A stretch of 46,397 nucleotides of DNA from Acidimicrobiia bacterium (GTDB lineage Bacteria > Actinomycetota > Acidimicrobiia > Spongiisociales > Spongiisociaceae): assembly GCA_041576165.1 (NCBI GenBank), contig JBFGLM010000038.1, positions 1-46,397 on the forward strand, in the 5' to 3' direction. The notes beneath the pieces are model-generated. The model was given only the letters and a program-made list of their open reading frames with translations. It searched no databases and had not been told where the DNA came from. How positions within the stretch are numbered: position 1 is the first letter of the stretch; each line of letters begins with the position of its first letter. The translations under genes and the position numbers were made by a program. Shown piece by piece: positions 1 through 10,975 of the stretch.

Positions 1-926
1 ACGCCGTCGTACTTCTTGCGGACCGCTCCGCCCAACTCATCGATAGGGGCCACCACGGCCACCTCTTCGACGATGTCGTCGGTGATTACGTCTGCCATGG
101 CCGCCCACTCTCCCCGCTTGCTCATGGCGTTGAGCTGCTCGTGTACGTCCCAGCCGTGGGTATCGAGGACGAGTTCATACGCCGGGGTGGAGGCGTAGAA
201 AGCGATCTGCTGTTTCACCGCCGCCCGCATCGCGGCCATCTCCTGCTCGGTGCGCCCGGTTACGACAAACACTCCGGACACCATCTCGACGTCGTCCAGG
301 GCCCGGTTCGCCCGGTCGGCGCCCTCCTGCATCGCGGGGATCGTCACCTCCTGCAGGTACTTGAGCGTATGAAAGGGATGGACGTGGTAGCCGTCGCACA
401 CCTCGCCGGCCAGCTGGGCCATGTACGGTCCGACGCCGGCGATGTAGACAGGCACTGATCCCCATTCGGTCGGTCCGGGGTTGAAGAATGGCGTCATGAG
501 GGTCAATTGGTAGAACTCGCCCTGGAAACGAAGCGGCTCCCCGTTCTGCCATGTGTTCCAAATCGCCTGAAGGGCCGCGATGTACTCACGCATCCGCGGA
601 CCGGGGCTGGACCATTCCATCGAGAACCGGCGGGTTATGTGCGGCTTGATCTGCGAGCCCAGTCCCAGCAGAAATCTACCGCCGGTCTGCACCGACAGGT
701 CCCACGCCGTCATTGCGGTCACCATCGGCGAGCGAGCAAAGGCCACCGCGATGCCGGTCAGGAACTCCATGCCGGGCGCGGCTGCCGCGGCCGCCGCGAT
801 GGGCAGGAACGGTTCGTGGCCGGTGTCGGCGGTGACAAAGCCATCGAATCCGACCCGCTGGGCCCAACCGGCTGCGGCTGGGGCTTCCCCCGGCCAGGTG
901 GGGGCGAATGTGTAGTCAACCTTCAA
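1..926 (-). CDS. F420-dependent LLM class oxidoreductase (TIGR03617-like), partial, runs off the left edge
   Basis: Not in the ORF track because there is no stop in the window. Manual translation from TTG at 926 (GGAGG at 939-935) gives MKVDYTF...DTGHEPFLP...TGIAVAFARSPM...GGRFLLGLGSQIKPHITRRFSMEW...LTLMTPFFNPGP...QIAFYASTPAY, typical of this family. Confidence 0.88.
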   Translation of the reverse strand, partial: MKVDYTFAPTWPGEAPAAAGWAQRVGFDGFVTADTGHEPFLPIAAAAAAAPGMEFLTGIAVAFARSPMVTAMTAWDLSVQTGGRFLLGLGSQIKPHITRRFSMEWSSPGPRMREYIAALQAIWNTWQNGEPLRFQGEFYQLTLMTPFFNPGPTEWGSVPVYIAGVGPYMAQLAGEVCDGYHVHPFHTLKYLQEVTIPAMQEGADRANRALDDVEMVSGVFVVTGRTEQEMAAMRAAVKQQIAFYASTPAYELVLDTHGWDVHEQLNAMSKRGEWAAMADVITDDIVEEVAVVAPIDELGGAVRKKYDG

Positions 927-1084
927 ATCTCACTCCTCCGGTGGCTGACCGATCGTACTGTCCTGCCCGGGTGGGATGTCCAGCAGTCCGGGTGGCGGGC
1001 CGGGTGGGGCTTCTTCTAATGTGATGCGTTCGACCGGGCCCGTGCTTGGGTGCCAGTCGGCTGTTGCCTACGGGCGGAGTGAAG

Positions 1085-1798
1085 ATGCGCTTCCTCAGGT
1101 GGGGAGCCTTCGTTACTTGGTTGATCGTGACCGGACTGGCGGTCGCGGGCTTCGCGGCGTTCTCGCCCGGGCCGGCGGTACCCGACTCCACTCCCTCCGT
1201 CAGCTCGATAACCCTGGCAGACGGCCGGGGGGCGGCCGCCGGCCGGGTCCTCGCGCTTGCGTTCGCGGTCGCAGCGCGCGACGCCGGTCAGCCGGTGGAT
1301 ACTGCGCTCCGATCTGCGACGGCCCCGACGCGGCCCGCTTTGTTGGATCCGTCAGCAGACAGCAGACCAGAGACGACTACCACGACCGCCGCCCCGACCA
1401 CCACCCGCGCTGTCGCACCGAGCACCGAATCGGCCGGCACCACCATCGAGACCGAGCCGACGGTCCCGGTCGGCCGCTATCAATGGCCGAACGGCTCCCG
1501 GTGCCAGGCCTCCTGGTACGGCCCGGGCCTCGAGGGTCGCCCCACCGCCTCGGGCGAGCCGTTCGATCCGACCGAGATGACCGCTGCCATGCACGATGTG
1601 CCGCTCGGCACTCTGGTGATCGTTCGCAGCGTCGCAACCGGTGAAACGGTCACGGTACGCGTGAACGATCGAGGACCATACATCTGGGATGATGGCTGGG
1701 CACGCCACCCCACTCGCTGCATCGACCTGTCGGAAGCGGCGATGCGGCGCCTCGGAGGACTCGGCGAGGGTGTGATGGACGTTACGATCAAGTATTGA
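1085..1798 (+). CDS. rlpA: RlpA-family septal ring lytic transglycosylase with N-terminal signal/TM and Thr-rich linker
   Basis: ASWYGPG...TASGEPFD...TAAM...LGT...VRVNDRGPY...IDLSEAA double-psi beta-barrel motifs; hydrophobic N-terminus from ATG at 1085. Confidence 0.85.
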   Translation: MRFLRWGAFVTWLIVTGLAVAGFAAFSPGPAVPDSTPSVSSITLADGRGAAAGRVLALAFAVAARDAGQPVDTALRSATAPTRPALLDPSADSRPETTTTTAAPTTTRAVAPSTESAGTTIETEPTVPVGRYQWPNGSRCQASWYGPGLEGRPTASGEPFDPTEMTAAMHDVPLGTLVIVRSVATGETVTVRVNDRGPYIWDDGWARHPTRCIDLSEAAMRRLGGLGEGVMDVTIKY

Positions 1799-2148
1799 TG
1801 AAGAAACTAGCTGGGTTCCTCGGATTGATTGGCGGCATCTGCGCGGCCGTGTGGCTGATGCGCGACCGGCTCATATCCCTGACGGCACCCCGGGAACCGG
1901 AACCACCACAGTTCCGGCCCATGCCAAACCAGGAGCGGGTTTTCGCCCCCGCACCCACCCCGGATGGGGACGATCTGAAGCAGATCAAAGGTATAGGGCC
2001 GGTGTATGAGCAGGCGTTGCGCGCCTACGGAGTCCGGTCATTCGCCGAGCTGAGCCAGGTCGATCCGTCGGACCTGGCCGACCAGCTCGGGATCTCGGAG
2101 AGCCGCATCGCGGGATGGGCGGAGCAAGCGGCCGATTTCACAAGCTGA
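1798..2148 (+). CDS. Membrane-anchored helix-hairpin-helix domain protein
   Basis: TGATG overlap with the rlpA stop; N-terminal TM helix; DDLKQIKGIGPVYEQAL HhH motif. Confidence 0.75.
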   Translation: MKKLAGFLGLIGGICAAVWLMRDRLISLTAPREPEPPQFRPMPNQERVFAPAPTPDGDDLKQIKGIGPVYEQALRAYGVRSFAELSQVDPSDLADQLGISESRIAGWAEQAADFTS

Positions 2149-2171
2149 CGCCGGGCGCGCCCCACCCCCCC

Positions 2172-2207
2172 AAAAAAAAGGCGGCGCCCGCCCGAGCGGG
2201 GCTCGTC
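2172..2207 (-). terminator. Possible intrinsic terminator between convergent genes (imperfect stem)
   Basis: Minus strand has a CCCGC-TCGG-GCGGG stem-loop with mismatched outer arms, followed by a T8 run. The neighbouring homopolymers may be base-calling noise. Confidence 0.35.
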
Positions 2208-2222
2208 GTGTTTGGTTGAATC

Positions 2223-3188
2223 TCAACTCAACGCGGCGAACCCGCCACCGGTGTGCCAGAACACGACATGGTCGGTCTGCGTGAAGCGACCTGCCCGGAT
2301 CTCCTCGTGCAGCGCGAACAGCGCCTTGCCGGTGTAGGTCGGGTCGAACAGGAGACCGCTCCTGGCGGTGGCATCATGCTCGATGCCGGTCTGACGCGGC
2401 TCGATGATCCCGTAGCCACCGGCGACGTACCGTTCGAGATATTCGAGCGGCGGCTGTGGCATGGATCCGCCATATCGAGCGGTGGCGGCCAGCCATATCG
2501 CCTCGACGTGCGACCGCAGCTCGTCGACCGGATCCCCTATGGAAACCGCGACCAGCGGCGTGTCCCCCCGAACCCGATCCGATGCCCACCCCAGTCCGGC
2601 GGTCGTGCCGGCGGAGGAAGATGCATGCCACACCGCCGCCACCTGACCCGGGATACGGGTGATCTGATCGTGAAGCTCGAGGTACCCCACGACCATCCCC
2701 CACATTCCCAGCTCATCCGAAGCACCTTCCGGGATCACCCAGGCTCCCCGGCCGGCGTCACGATGCTCGCGGGCGATCTCACCCATGATCTCGTCCCGCC
2801 GTGTGTACTCCGCCGGCGTGATGTACTCGATGGCAGCACCGGCCAGCCGTTGGAGCCGGTGATTGCCGGTGACGGTCGGCGGCGGCTCGCCATCAGCGGT
2901 ACGGAGGACCAGCACGCATTCGAGCCCGAGCCGCGCCGCGGCCAGGGCAGTGGCTCGGCAGTGATTCGACTGTACCGCCCCGGTGGTGATGATCACCTCG
3001 GCGCCGGCGTCGATGGCGGCTGCCAGATGGAACTCCAGTTTCCGGACTTTGTTGCCCGAGAGCTCAAAGCCGGTGAGGTCGTCACGTTTCACCCAGATAT
3101 GCGGGCCCTCCCAGGCAGCGCTCAGATGGGGCAGCGGCTCGAGCGGAGTGGGGGTCAGCGCTAGCGAAATCCGCCGTGGGAGCTTCAT
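2223..3188 (-). CDS. D-cysteine desulfhydrase / ACC deaminase family PLP enzyme
   Basis: WVKRDDLTG...SGNKVRKLEF, TGAVQSNHCR, DPTYTGKA and FWHTGG motifs. Start MKLPRR has TACGCT 7 nt upstream. Confidence 0.9.
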   Translation of the reverse strand: MKLPRRISLALTPTPLEPLPHLSAAWEGPHIWVKRDDLTGFELSGNKVRKLEFHLAAAIDAGAEVIITTGAVQSNHCRATALAAARLGLECVLVLRTADGEPPPTVTGNHRLQRLAGAAIEYITPAEYTRRDEIMGEIAREHRDAGRGAWVIPEGASDELGMWGMVVGYLELHDQITRIPGQVAAVWHASSSAGTTAGLGWASDRVRGDTPLVAVSIGDPVDELRSHVEAIWLAATARYGGSMPQPPLEYLERYVAGGYGIIEPRQTGIEHDATARSGLLFDPTYTGKALFALHEEIRAGRFTQTDHVVFWHTGGGFAALS

Positions 3189-3311
3189 CCGACGGAGCGT
3201 AGCCGTGATGGCACCACGACCTGCGGCGGCGGCGACTGCGCAGGGTCCTTGGTTTTTCGCGCGGAGTGCGGTTGGCTGGGCACACGCGAAGATCGTGGGA
3301 GGCTCGGGCCG

Positions 3312-4622
3312 GTGCATCGTACGTACGTCCTCGACACATGTGTCCTGCTAGCCGATCCGCACGCCCCACTGAAGTTCGACGAGCACGACGTGGTAGTACC
3401 GCTGGTGGTCGTCGAAGAGCTCGACCGCAAGAAATCGCGGTTCGACGAAGTAGGCGCCAACGCTCGCGCCGCCATCCGGCTGCTCGAGGAGCTGGGGGCA
3501 TCCCGGGACGGCGGCCTGCGCTCCCCGGTCGCGATCAACGGTCGCGGGACCCTCCGGATCGAGATCAATCAGATCGACTCGCCCCGGCTACCCGCCGTGT
3601 TCGATGCCGCCCGTGCGGACCACCGCATCCTGGCCTGCTGCCTCAACCTAGACGATCGCAATCAGCCGGCAGTGCTGGTGACGAAAGATGCGGCTCTGCG
3701 AATCAAAGGCGCCCAGCTCGATGTCGAGGTGCAGGACTATCGGGCGGACACCGTCCAGGTCGAGGAGCTGTACTCGGGCGTCGCCGAGCTGACGGCAACC
3801 ACCGAAACGATCAATACCCTGTTCGGCGAGAACAAGGCCGTGTTGGCGGGCGCCGCGGTCGGCGTCAACCAGTTCGTAGTACTCAAGAACGGCAGTTCCC
3901 AGTCCGGACTCGGACGGGTGGTAGGGCTCAGTCCCGAACCGGTGGTGGAGCGGGTCAGCGCCGGCCGGCGAGTCTTCGGCGCCGAGCCCAAGAACCTACG
4001 CCAGGCGTTCGCGCTCGAACTCCTGATGGATCCGGCCGTGCAGGCGGTTTCGATCATGGGTATGGCCGGCTCCGGCAAGACCTTCCTCGCACTGGCCTCT
4101 GCCCTCGAGCAGGTCCTCGAGCAAGACCGTTACCGACGGGTGTCGGTATATCGCCCGCTCGTGGCGGTCGGTCGCCAGGAAGTCGGATACCTTCCGGGCG
4201 ACCTCGAAGACAAGCTGGCTCCGTGGATGGCCGCCGTGTACGACAACCTGTACGCCTTGTTCGCCGACGCAGGTCCGGAAGCGGCCCGTGATGCGGTCGA
4301 GGAACTGTTCGAGCGCCATGTCATCGAGACGGCCGCGGTCACGTACCTCCGGGGCCGCTCCATCACCGATGAGATAGTCATCATCGACGAAGCCCAGAAT
4401 CTCGAGCTTTCGACGCTCAAAGTGATCATGACCCGTATGGGGCGAGGATCCAAGGTCGTCTTGTGCGGCGACCTGTCCCAGGTGGACAACCCATACATCT
4501 CGCCGTTCGGGGGCGTAGCTGCGCTGATAGAGAAACTCAAGGGCGAGCAGATGTTCGGACACATCACGCTCGAACGGTCGGTCCGCAGCCCGCTGGCAGA
4601 GATGGCGGCCACCGTCCTCTGA
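3312..4622 (+). CDS. PIN-PhoH fusion protein (PhoH2/YlaK-like)
   Basis: PIN domain YVLDTCVL...VVEELD...DHRIL...LVTKDAALRIK; Walker A GMAGSGKT; GYLPG, YLRGRS, DEAQN and GDLSQVD PhoH motifs. Confidence 0.92.
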   Translation: MHRTYVLDTCVLLADPHAPLKFDEHDVVVPLVVVEELDRKKSRFDEVGANARAAIRLLEELGASRDGGLRSPVAINGRGTLRIEINQIDSPRLPAVFDAARADHRILACCLNLDDRNQPAVLVTKDAALRIKGAQLDVEVQDYRADTVQVEELYSGVAELTATTETINTLFGENKAVLAGAAVGVNQFVVLKNGSSQSGLGRVVGLSPEPVVERVSAGRRVFGAEPKNLRQAFALELLMDPAVQAVSIMGMAGSGKTFLALASALEQVLEQDRYRRVSVYRPLVAVGRQEVGYLPGDLEDKLAPWMAAVYDNLYALFADAGPEAARDAVEELFERHVIETAAVTYLRGRSITDEIVIIDEAQNLELSTLKVIMTRMGRGSKVVLCGDLSQVDNPYISPFGGVAALIEKLKGEQMFGHITLERSVRSPLAEMAATVL

Positions 4623-4679
4623 TCGAACGAAACCGTTTGGAGCGTTACAAGTAACCCTTCAGCGAGTCATACTGTCCGG

Positions 4680-5705
4680 ATGCTGTACATGGCGGCGCCG
4701 GAAGACCTGGCCGCTGCGGTGCCGGGGGAACCCAGATACCGCGCGGATCAGCTGCGCGGGTGGCTCTACGACCATCCGACGCTGGACGTCGAGGCCTGGA
4801 GCAACGTGCCCGCGACTCTGCGAGAAGCGCTGCGGGACAAAGTCTGGCCGTTCGACCTGGAGCTCGAACAGCAGGGCGACAAGGGCCTAACCCGCAAATG
4901 GCTGTTTCGGACGCCGGACGGCATCTCCATCGAATCGGTACTCATGGCCTACCCGGACCGCATCACGCTGTGCGTGTCGTCTCAGGCAGGGTGCGCCATG
5001 GCCTGCTCGTTCTGCGCCACCGGCCAGTTCGGCTTCGACCGCCACCTGGAAGCCGGCGAGATCGTCGCTCAGGTCGCATTCGCCAAGGCGGTCGTGGCTT
5101 CGGGAGCATTCCCCGAAGGGCCTACGCGGCTGGGCAATGTCGTATTCATGGGGATGGGCGAGCCTCTTGCCAACTATGCCCGCGTGAGAGAGTCGCTTCG
5201 CCGCATGATCGAGATCATGGACATGTCGGCGCGCCACATCACAGTCTCGACCGTCGGCGTGGTGCCCGGCATGCGGCGGCTGGCAGACGAGCCGTGGCAG
5301 GTCGGCCTCGCTGTCAGTCTGCACGCCGCCGACGACGACCTGCGCTCCCGCCTGGTACCGCTCAACGACCGCTACCCACTCGCCGAGATAGAAGCCGCCG
5401 CCGCCCACTACTTCGCGTCCAAAGGCCGTCGGGTCTCCATCGAATGGACGCTGATCGACGGTGTCAACGATGACGCCGAACAGGCCAAGAAACTGGCCGC
5501 GATCGCCAACCGGCTGCACGCGCATATCAATCTGATCGCGCTCAACCCGACGCCGCTGTCGTCGGACAAACCATCACGCCAGCGCACGATCAAGCGCTTC
5601 GTGGCAACGCTCGAAGCCGAAGGCGCCAATGCGACGCTGCGCGATACTCGGGGACAGGACATCGACGCCGCATGCGGGCAGCTGCGCGTTCGGGCCGGCA
5701 GCTGA
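4680..5705 (+). CDS. rlmN: 23S rRNA (adenine(2503)-C2)-methyltransferase, radical SAM
   Basis: CVSSQAGCAMACSFCATG (CxxxCxxC), FMGMGEPLAN, SLHA and DIDAACGQL motifs. Confidence 0.93.
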   Translation: MLYMAAPEDLAAAVPGEPRYRADQLRGWLYDHPTLDVEAWSNVPATLREALRDKVWPFDLELEQQGDKGLTRKWLFRTPDGISIESVLMAYPDRITLCVSSQAGCAMACSFCATGQFGFDRHLEAGEIVAQVAFAKAVVASGAFPEGPTRLGNVVFMGMGEPLANYARVRESLRRMIEIMDMSARHITVSTVGVVPGMRRLADEPWQVGLAVSLHAADDDLRSRLVPLNDRYPLAEIEAAAAHYFASKGRRVSIEWTLIDGVNDDAEQAKKLAAIANRLHAHINLIALNPTPLSSDKPSRQRTIKRFVATLEAEGANATLRDTRGQDIDAACGQLRVRAGS

Positions 5706-6640
5706 TGCCGGACCGCAGCCGGGCACTCCTCGCGTTGTGGCGGACCCGGCTGGCGTTGCTCTGCCTCGTCACCGCTGCGTGCACCACCCCGACGGGCGAC
5801 GCCGCACCGGGCGACGAGACGGAGTCCCTCGCCGGCCCCGAACCGGCAGCCGCCGCTCCGGCGCCAACCCAGCCGCAGGCCGCAGCCCCGGCTCCCACCT
5901 CGACGCAGGCGGCGACGACATCGACGACGATCTCGCGTCACGCTCGCCCAGATTGGCTTGGGACCCGGATATTGCCGCTCCGCGACGACGAGTTCGGAGA
6001 GGTGCAACCGACACCGTTGGAGCTGCAAGATCGACAGTTCGTCACGCTCGATCTGCTCCCCCCTCCCGCGTCCGCTGAGTACAACGCGACCATCTCGCCG
6101 GTCCCGGCGGACGTACTGGCACGCTCCAGCTGGAAGGCTGAATGCCCCGTCACCGTCGACGATCTCGCGTACATCACTATGACCCATTGGGGGTTCGACG
6201 GGCGGCCCCATACAGGCGAAATGATCGTGCACGCCTCGGTGGCCGAGGACATAGCCTGGGTGTTCGGCCAGTTGTTCGAGGCCGGGTTCCCGATCGAGCA
6301 GATGCGCGTGATCGACGAATATGAAATCGACCTGCCCCCGACCGGCGATTGGAATGACACCACTTCGTTCGTCTGCCGCGACGCCGTCGGCTCCGGGTCG
6401 TGGTCGCAGCACGCATTTGGCCTGGCTGTTGACGTCAACCCGTTCCACAACCCGTATTTGAAAGGCGACCTCGTCCTGCCCGAGCTCGCCTCTCATTACC
6501 TCGATCGAGATCTCGGCCAGACGGGGATGATCAGTGACGGCGACGTCGTTTACCAGGCGTTCGCGGAGATCGGCTGGGCGTGGGGGGGCAACTGGAACAG
6601 TCTCAAAGACTGGATGCATTTCAGCCAGAACGGTCGCTGA
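5705..6640 (+). CDS. M15-family metallopeptidase lipoprotein (peptidoglycan peptidase)
   Basis: TGATG coupling to rlmN; lipobox VTAAC; Ala/Thr/Pro linker; SQHAFGLAVDVNP (SxHxxGxAxD) and WGGNW...DWMHF zinc motifs. Confidence 0.85.
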   Translation: MPDRSRALLALWRTRLALLCLVTAACTTPTGDAAPGDETESLAGPEPAAAAPAPTQPQAAAPAPTSTQAATTSTTISRHARPDWLGTRILPLRDDEFGEVQPTPLELQDRQFVTLDLLPPPASAEYNATISPVPADVLARSSWKAECPVTVDDLAYITMTHWGFDGRPHTGEMIVHASVAEDIAWVFGQLFEAGFPIEQMRVIDEYEIDLPPTGDWNDTTSFVCRDAVGSGSWSQHAFGLAVDVNPFHNPYLKGDLVLPELASHYLDRDLGQTGMISDGDVVYQAFAEIGWAWGGNWNSLKDWMHFSQNGR

Positions 6641-6673
6641 CCGCCGTTCCCGCCACGAGCGGCGCGTTCAGTG

Positions 6674-7459
6674 TCAGTAGCCCTTCCACACCGGGTCACG
6701 CTTCTCTGCGAATGCGCGGGCGCCTTCCTTGTTGTCCTCTGAGCGGTACAGCGTCTCGACCGTCTCCCACTGGCTCTTGGTGATCCGGTTGAGCGCATCC
6801 TGGAACTTCATGTCTTCAGATTCTCGCACGATCTCCTTGATCGCCGCGAATACGAGCGGCGGCCCGGCGGCGAGTTCCTCCGCGAGATTGCGTGTCTCGT
6901 CCATCAGGCGGTCCCCGGGGTGGACGCGGTTGATCAGCCCCCACCGGGCAGCCTCCCCGCTGTCCATCCATCTACCGGTCAGCAGCATTTCCATCGCAAT
7001 GTGATACGGAATGCGCTTTGGGAGCTTGATTGACGCTGCATCTGCCACTGTGCCCGAGTTGATCTCGGGGAGCGCGAACGTGGCGTGTTCGGCGGCCAGC
7101 AGGATGTCGGCCGACAACGCGAGCTCGAGCCCGCCGCCACAACATATGCCGTTGATCGCTGCGATGACGGGCTTGTTCAGCCCCCGCAGCTCCTGGAGCC
7201 CGCCGAACCCGCCGACGCCGTAGTCCCCGTCGACCGCGTCGCCGGCGGCGGCGGCCTTGAGGTCCCAGCCGGCACTGAAGAACCTGTCACCCGCACCGGT
7301 CAGCACAACGACCCGCAGCTCGGGGTCGTCACGAAACTCCGTGAAGATATCGCCCATGACCCGGCTCGTCGCCAAGTCGATGGCATTGGCTTTGGGTCGG
7401 TCGAGCGTGACTTCGAGAATCGCTCCGTCCCGCCTTGTCTTGACGGGTTCCTCAGCCAT
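6674..7459 (-). CDS. caiD: Carnitinyl-CoA dehydratase-like crotonase
   Basis: LEVTLDRPKANAID, FFSAGWDLKAAA, GGFGGL and EGARAFAEKRDPVWKG match the CaiD subfamily; GAGGAGG RBS before MAEEPV. Confidence 0.8.
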   Translation of the reverse strand: MAEEPVKTRRDGAILEVTLDRPKANAIDLATSRVMGDIFTEFRDDPELRVVVLTGAGDRFFSAGWDLKAAAAGDAVDGDYGVGGFGGLQELRGLNKPVIAAINGICCGGGLELALSADILLAAEHATFALPEINSGTVADAASIKLPKRIPYHIAMEMLLTGRWMDSGEAARWGLINRVHPGDRLMDETRNLAEELAAGPPLVFAAIKEIVRESEDMKFQDALNRITKSQWETVETLYRSEDNKEGARAFAEKRDPVWKGY

Positions 7460-7614
7460 GTCGCCTCCTCGGGGTTCTCCTCGAGCCGCCGGTCCCGGTG
7501 GTGCGCCGGTGACTCTACGCAGCCCGGGGCGCTTGCCACCACCTCGGCTGGCCCGGCCTCGATCAGTCGCGCGATCGCGTACAGTGATTCCGCCCGCGAA
7601 GGTTCGGAGGATCG

Positions 7615-8649
7615 ATGTCAACCCAGTCCGCGCCACCGCCCGCACCGACCGCCCCATTCGGGACCGTCTTCGGTAGCACGATGGCGGTAGTGCGCTGGAA
7701 CGAGGGCGTGTGGAGCGAACCCAGCCTGGGGCCGGTGGAGCCCTTCCCGATGCACCCGGCGACCCATGTTCTGCATTACGGCAGCGCCTGCTTCGAAGGC
7801 CTGAAAGCCCATCGCGGCAACGACGGGGTCGTGCGTATCTTCCGGCTCGACGCTCACGTCCGGCGCATGCGGAAGTCGGCCGAGGTTCTGATGCTGCCGC
7901 TTCCACCCGAAGATCTCGTCAGCGGGATGATCATCGACGCAGTCCGCGCCAATCTCGACCAGGTGCCGGCCGCCCCGGGTTCGCTTTACATCCGGCCCAC
8001 CTTGGTCGGTACCGTCCCCAACATCGGGGCCGCCGCGGTGCCGTCGAACGAGGCCCTCCTCTACATCCTGACCAGCCCAGTGGGCGACTACTTCACGGGT
8101 GGGATACGGCCGCTCAAGCTGGCAATCGAGACCGAAACCCCCCGCACGACGCCCCAATTCGGGCAAGTCAAATCTGGCGCGAACTACGTGATGGCGCTGG
8201 GACCGACCATGAAGGCCAAACAAGAGCTGGGGATCGACCAGGTGCTGTTTGCTCCGGGCGGGCGAATCCAGGAAACGGGGGCGGCGAACTTCCTGATGAT
8301 CGACCCGGAGAGAATCGTGACCCCTGCCCTGAGCGAGGCGTTCCTGCATGGTGTGACCCGCGACTCGGTGCTGACCTTGGCCCGTGACCTGGGTTACGAG
8401 ACCGACGAGCGCGAGCTGCTGACCGTCGATGATCTGTTGGAATGGGCCAGGCGGGAGGAAGCCGAAGCCGCTCTGTCCGGCACGGCGGCCGTGCTGGCCG
8501 CAGTCGGCAGCCTGGTGCTCGATGGGGAGGAGATCCCGGTCGGAGCCGGAGGCGTCGGATCACACACGCTCGAGATACGCGAGGCCCTCACCGAGGTGCA
8601 CGTCGGCGACAGGGAGGATCGACACGGGTGGCTGACACCTGTGGAGTAG
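7615..8649 (+). CDS. ilvE: Branched-chain amino acid aminotransferase
   Basis: LHYGSACFEGLKA, LYIRP, KSGANY (PLP lysine), ETGAAN, LHGVTRDSV and SGTAAV motifs; GGAGG RBS. Confidence 0.92.
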   Translation: MSTQSAPPPAPTAPFGTVFGSTMAVVRWNEGVWSEPSLGPVEPFPMHPATHVLHYGSACFEGLKAHRGNDGVVRIFRLDAHVRRMRKSAEVLMLPLPPEDLVSGMIIDAVRANLDQVPAAPGSLYIRPTLVGTVPNIGAAAVPSNEALLYILTSPVGDYFTGGIRPLKLAIETETPRTTPQFGQVKSGANYVMALGPTMKAKQELGIDQVLFAPGGRIQETGAANFLMIDPERIVTPALSEAFLHGVTRDSVLTLARDLGYETDERELLTVDDLLEWARREEAEAALSGTAAVLAAVGSLVLDGEEIPVGAGGVGSHTLEIREALTEVHVGDREDRHGWLTPVE

Positions 8650-8684
8650 AACGCTGCATCCTGATGTGGCGGCACGGCCGGGAC

Positions 8685-8723
8685 AAAATGAACGGCGGCC
8701 CTTCCGGGCCGCCGTTCCACTTT
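8685..8723. terminator. Intrinsic terminator, probably bidirectional, between ilvE and groEL
   Basis: Perfect 12-bp stem GAACGGCGGCCC-TTCC-GGGCCGCCGTTC (8690-8717), with AAAA on the left (a U-run for groEL) and TTT on the right. Confidence 0.8.
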
Positions 8724-8740
8724 CGTTCAGACCGGACCTA

Positions 8741-10375
<1,635 letters not shown>

Positions 10376-10406
10376 TCATTCCTTTCCAGATGCTTCAGGT
10401 TCTCGC

Positions 10407-10700
10407 TCAGCCGACGACGGCGAGCAGGTCGCGGGACGACAGAATCAAATACTCCTCGCCCTCGTACTTCAGCTCGGTGCCGGCATACTTGGAGTAGACG
10501 ACGACATCGCCCTCGCCCACATCCAGCGGCACCCGCTCGTCACCGTCCTCCTTCCAGTCCCCTGGACCTACGGCCAGGACGGTGCCCAGCTGCGGCTTCT
10601 CCTTGGCGGTGTCCGGGATCACGAGACCGGACGCCGTCCGCTGCTCGTCTTCCTCGTTCGGCTGCACGATGACGCGGTCGCCGAGCGGCTTCAGCTTCAT
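10407..10700 (-). CDS. groES: Co-chaperonin GroES (Cpn10)
   Basis: [10 protein letters not shown]...[16 protein letters not shown]...YSKYAGTE; AAGGAGG RBS. Confidence 0.99.
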   Translation of the reverse strand: MKLKPLGDRVIVQPNEEDEQRTASGLVIPDTAKEKPQLGTVLAVGPGDWKEDGDERVPLDVGEGDVVVYSKYAGTELKYEGEEYLILSSRDLLAVVG

Positions 10701-10755
10701 CCGATTACCCTCCTTGGGCTGTCTCTCATAGGCCCGCCAGTGGGCCGTAACACTC

Positions 10756-10782
10756 TTGGCAGTCTCACTGATTGACTGCCAA
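10756..10782. promoter_or_regulatory. CIRCE operator 1 (HrcA site) upstream of groES
   Basis: Perfect inverted repeat TTGGCAGTC-N9-GACTGCCAA, compared with consensus TTAGCACTC-N9-GAGTGCTAA. Confidence 0.88.
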
Positions 10783-10793
10783 CCGACGAAACA

Positions 10794-10820
10794 GTAGCAC
10801 TCTTACCCGACGACTGCCAA
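10794..10820. promoter_or_regulatory. CIRCE operator 2 (HrcA site) upstream of groES
   Basis: GTAGCACTC-N9-GACTGCCAA with the same 9-9-9 geometry, 11 bp from the first copy. Confidence 0.85.
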
Positions 10821-10975
10821 GCCCGTTTCTGCGCGCAGTCGACTCAGATTTTGGTTGCATGACATGTCTGATCCTGGGCGGGATCTTCGAGGCTGGGTCG
10901 AGGCCGACGTCCCGCTAGTGAGAACCGAGGACTGGGCACGCCCGTACTATGGGTGAAGACGAGGAGGATCCTGCC

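Noticed and set aside
2150-2222. C-run and A8 run as a phase-variation tract
   Set aside because: It is intergenic between convergent stop codons, so slippage would not change a reading frame or promoter. A terminator tail or base-calling noise beside a hairpin explains it better.
4644-4655. Small palindrome GTTAC-AA-GTAAC upstream of rlmN
   Set aside because: It is too short, occurs once, and its spacing does not match the actinobacterial GlnR box, so I cannot assign it.
4680-5705. Possible Cfr antibiotic-resistance methyltransferase
   Set aside because: The motifs and the chromosomal housekeeping context fit RlmN, and there is no mobile context. A phylogeny would be needed to claim Cfr.
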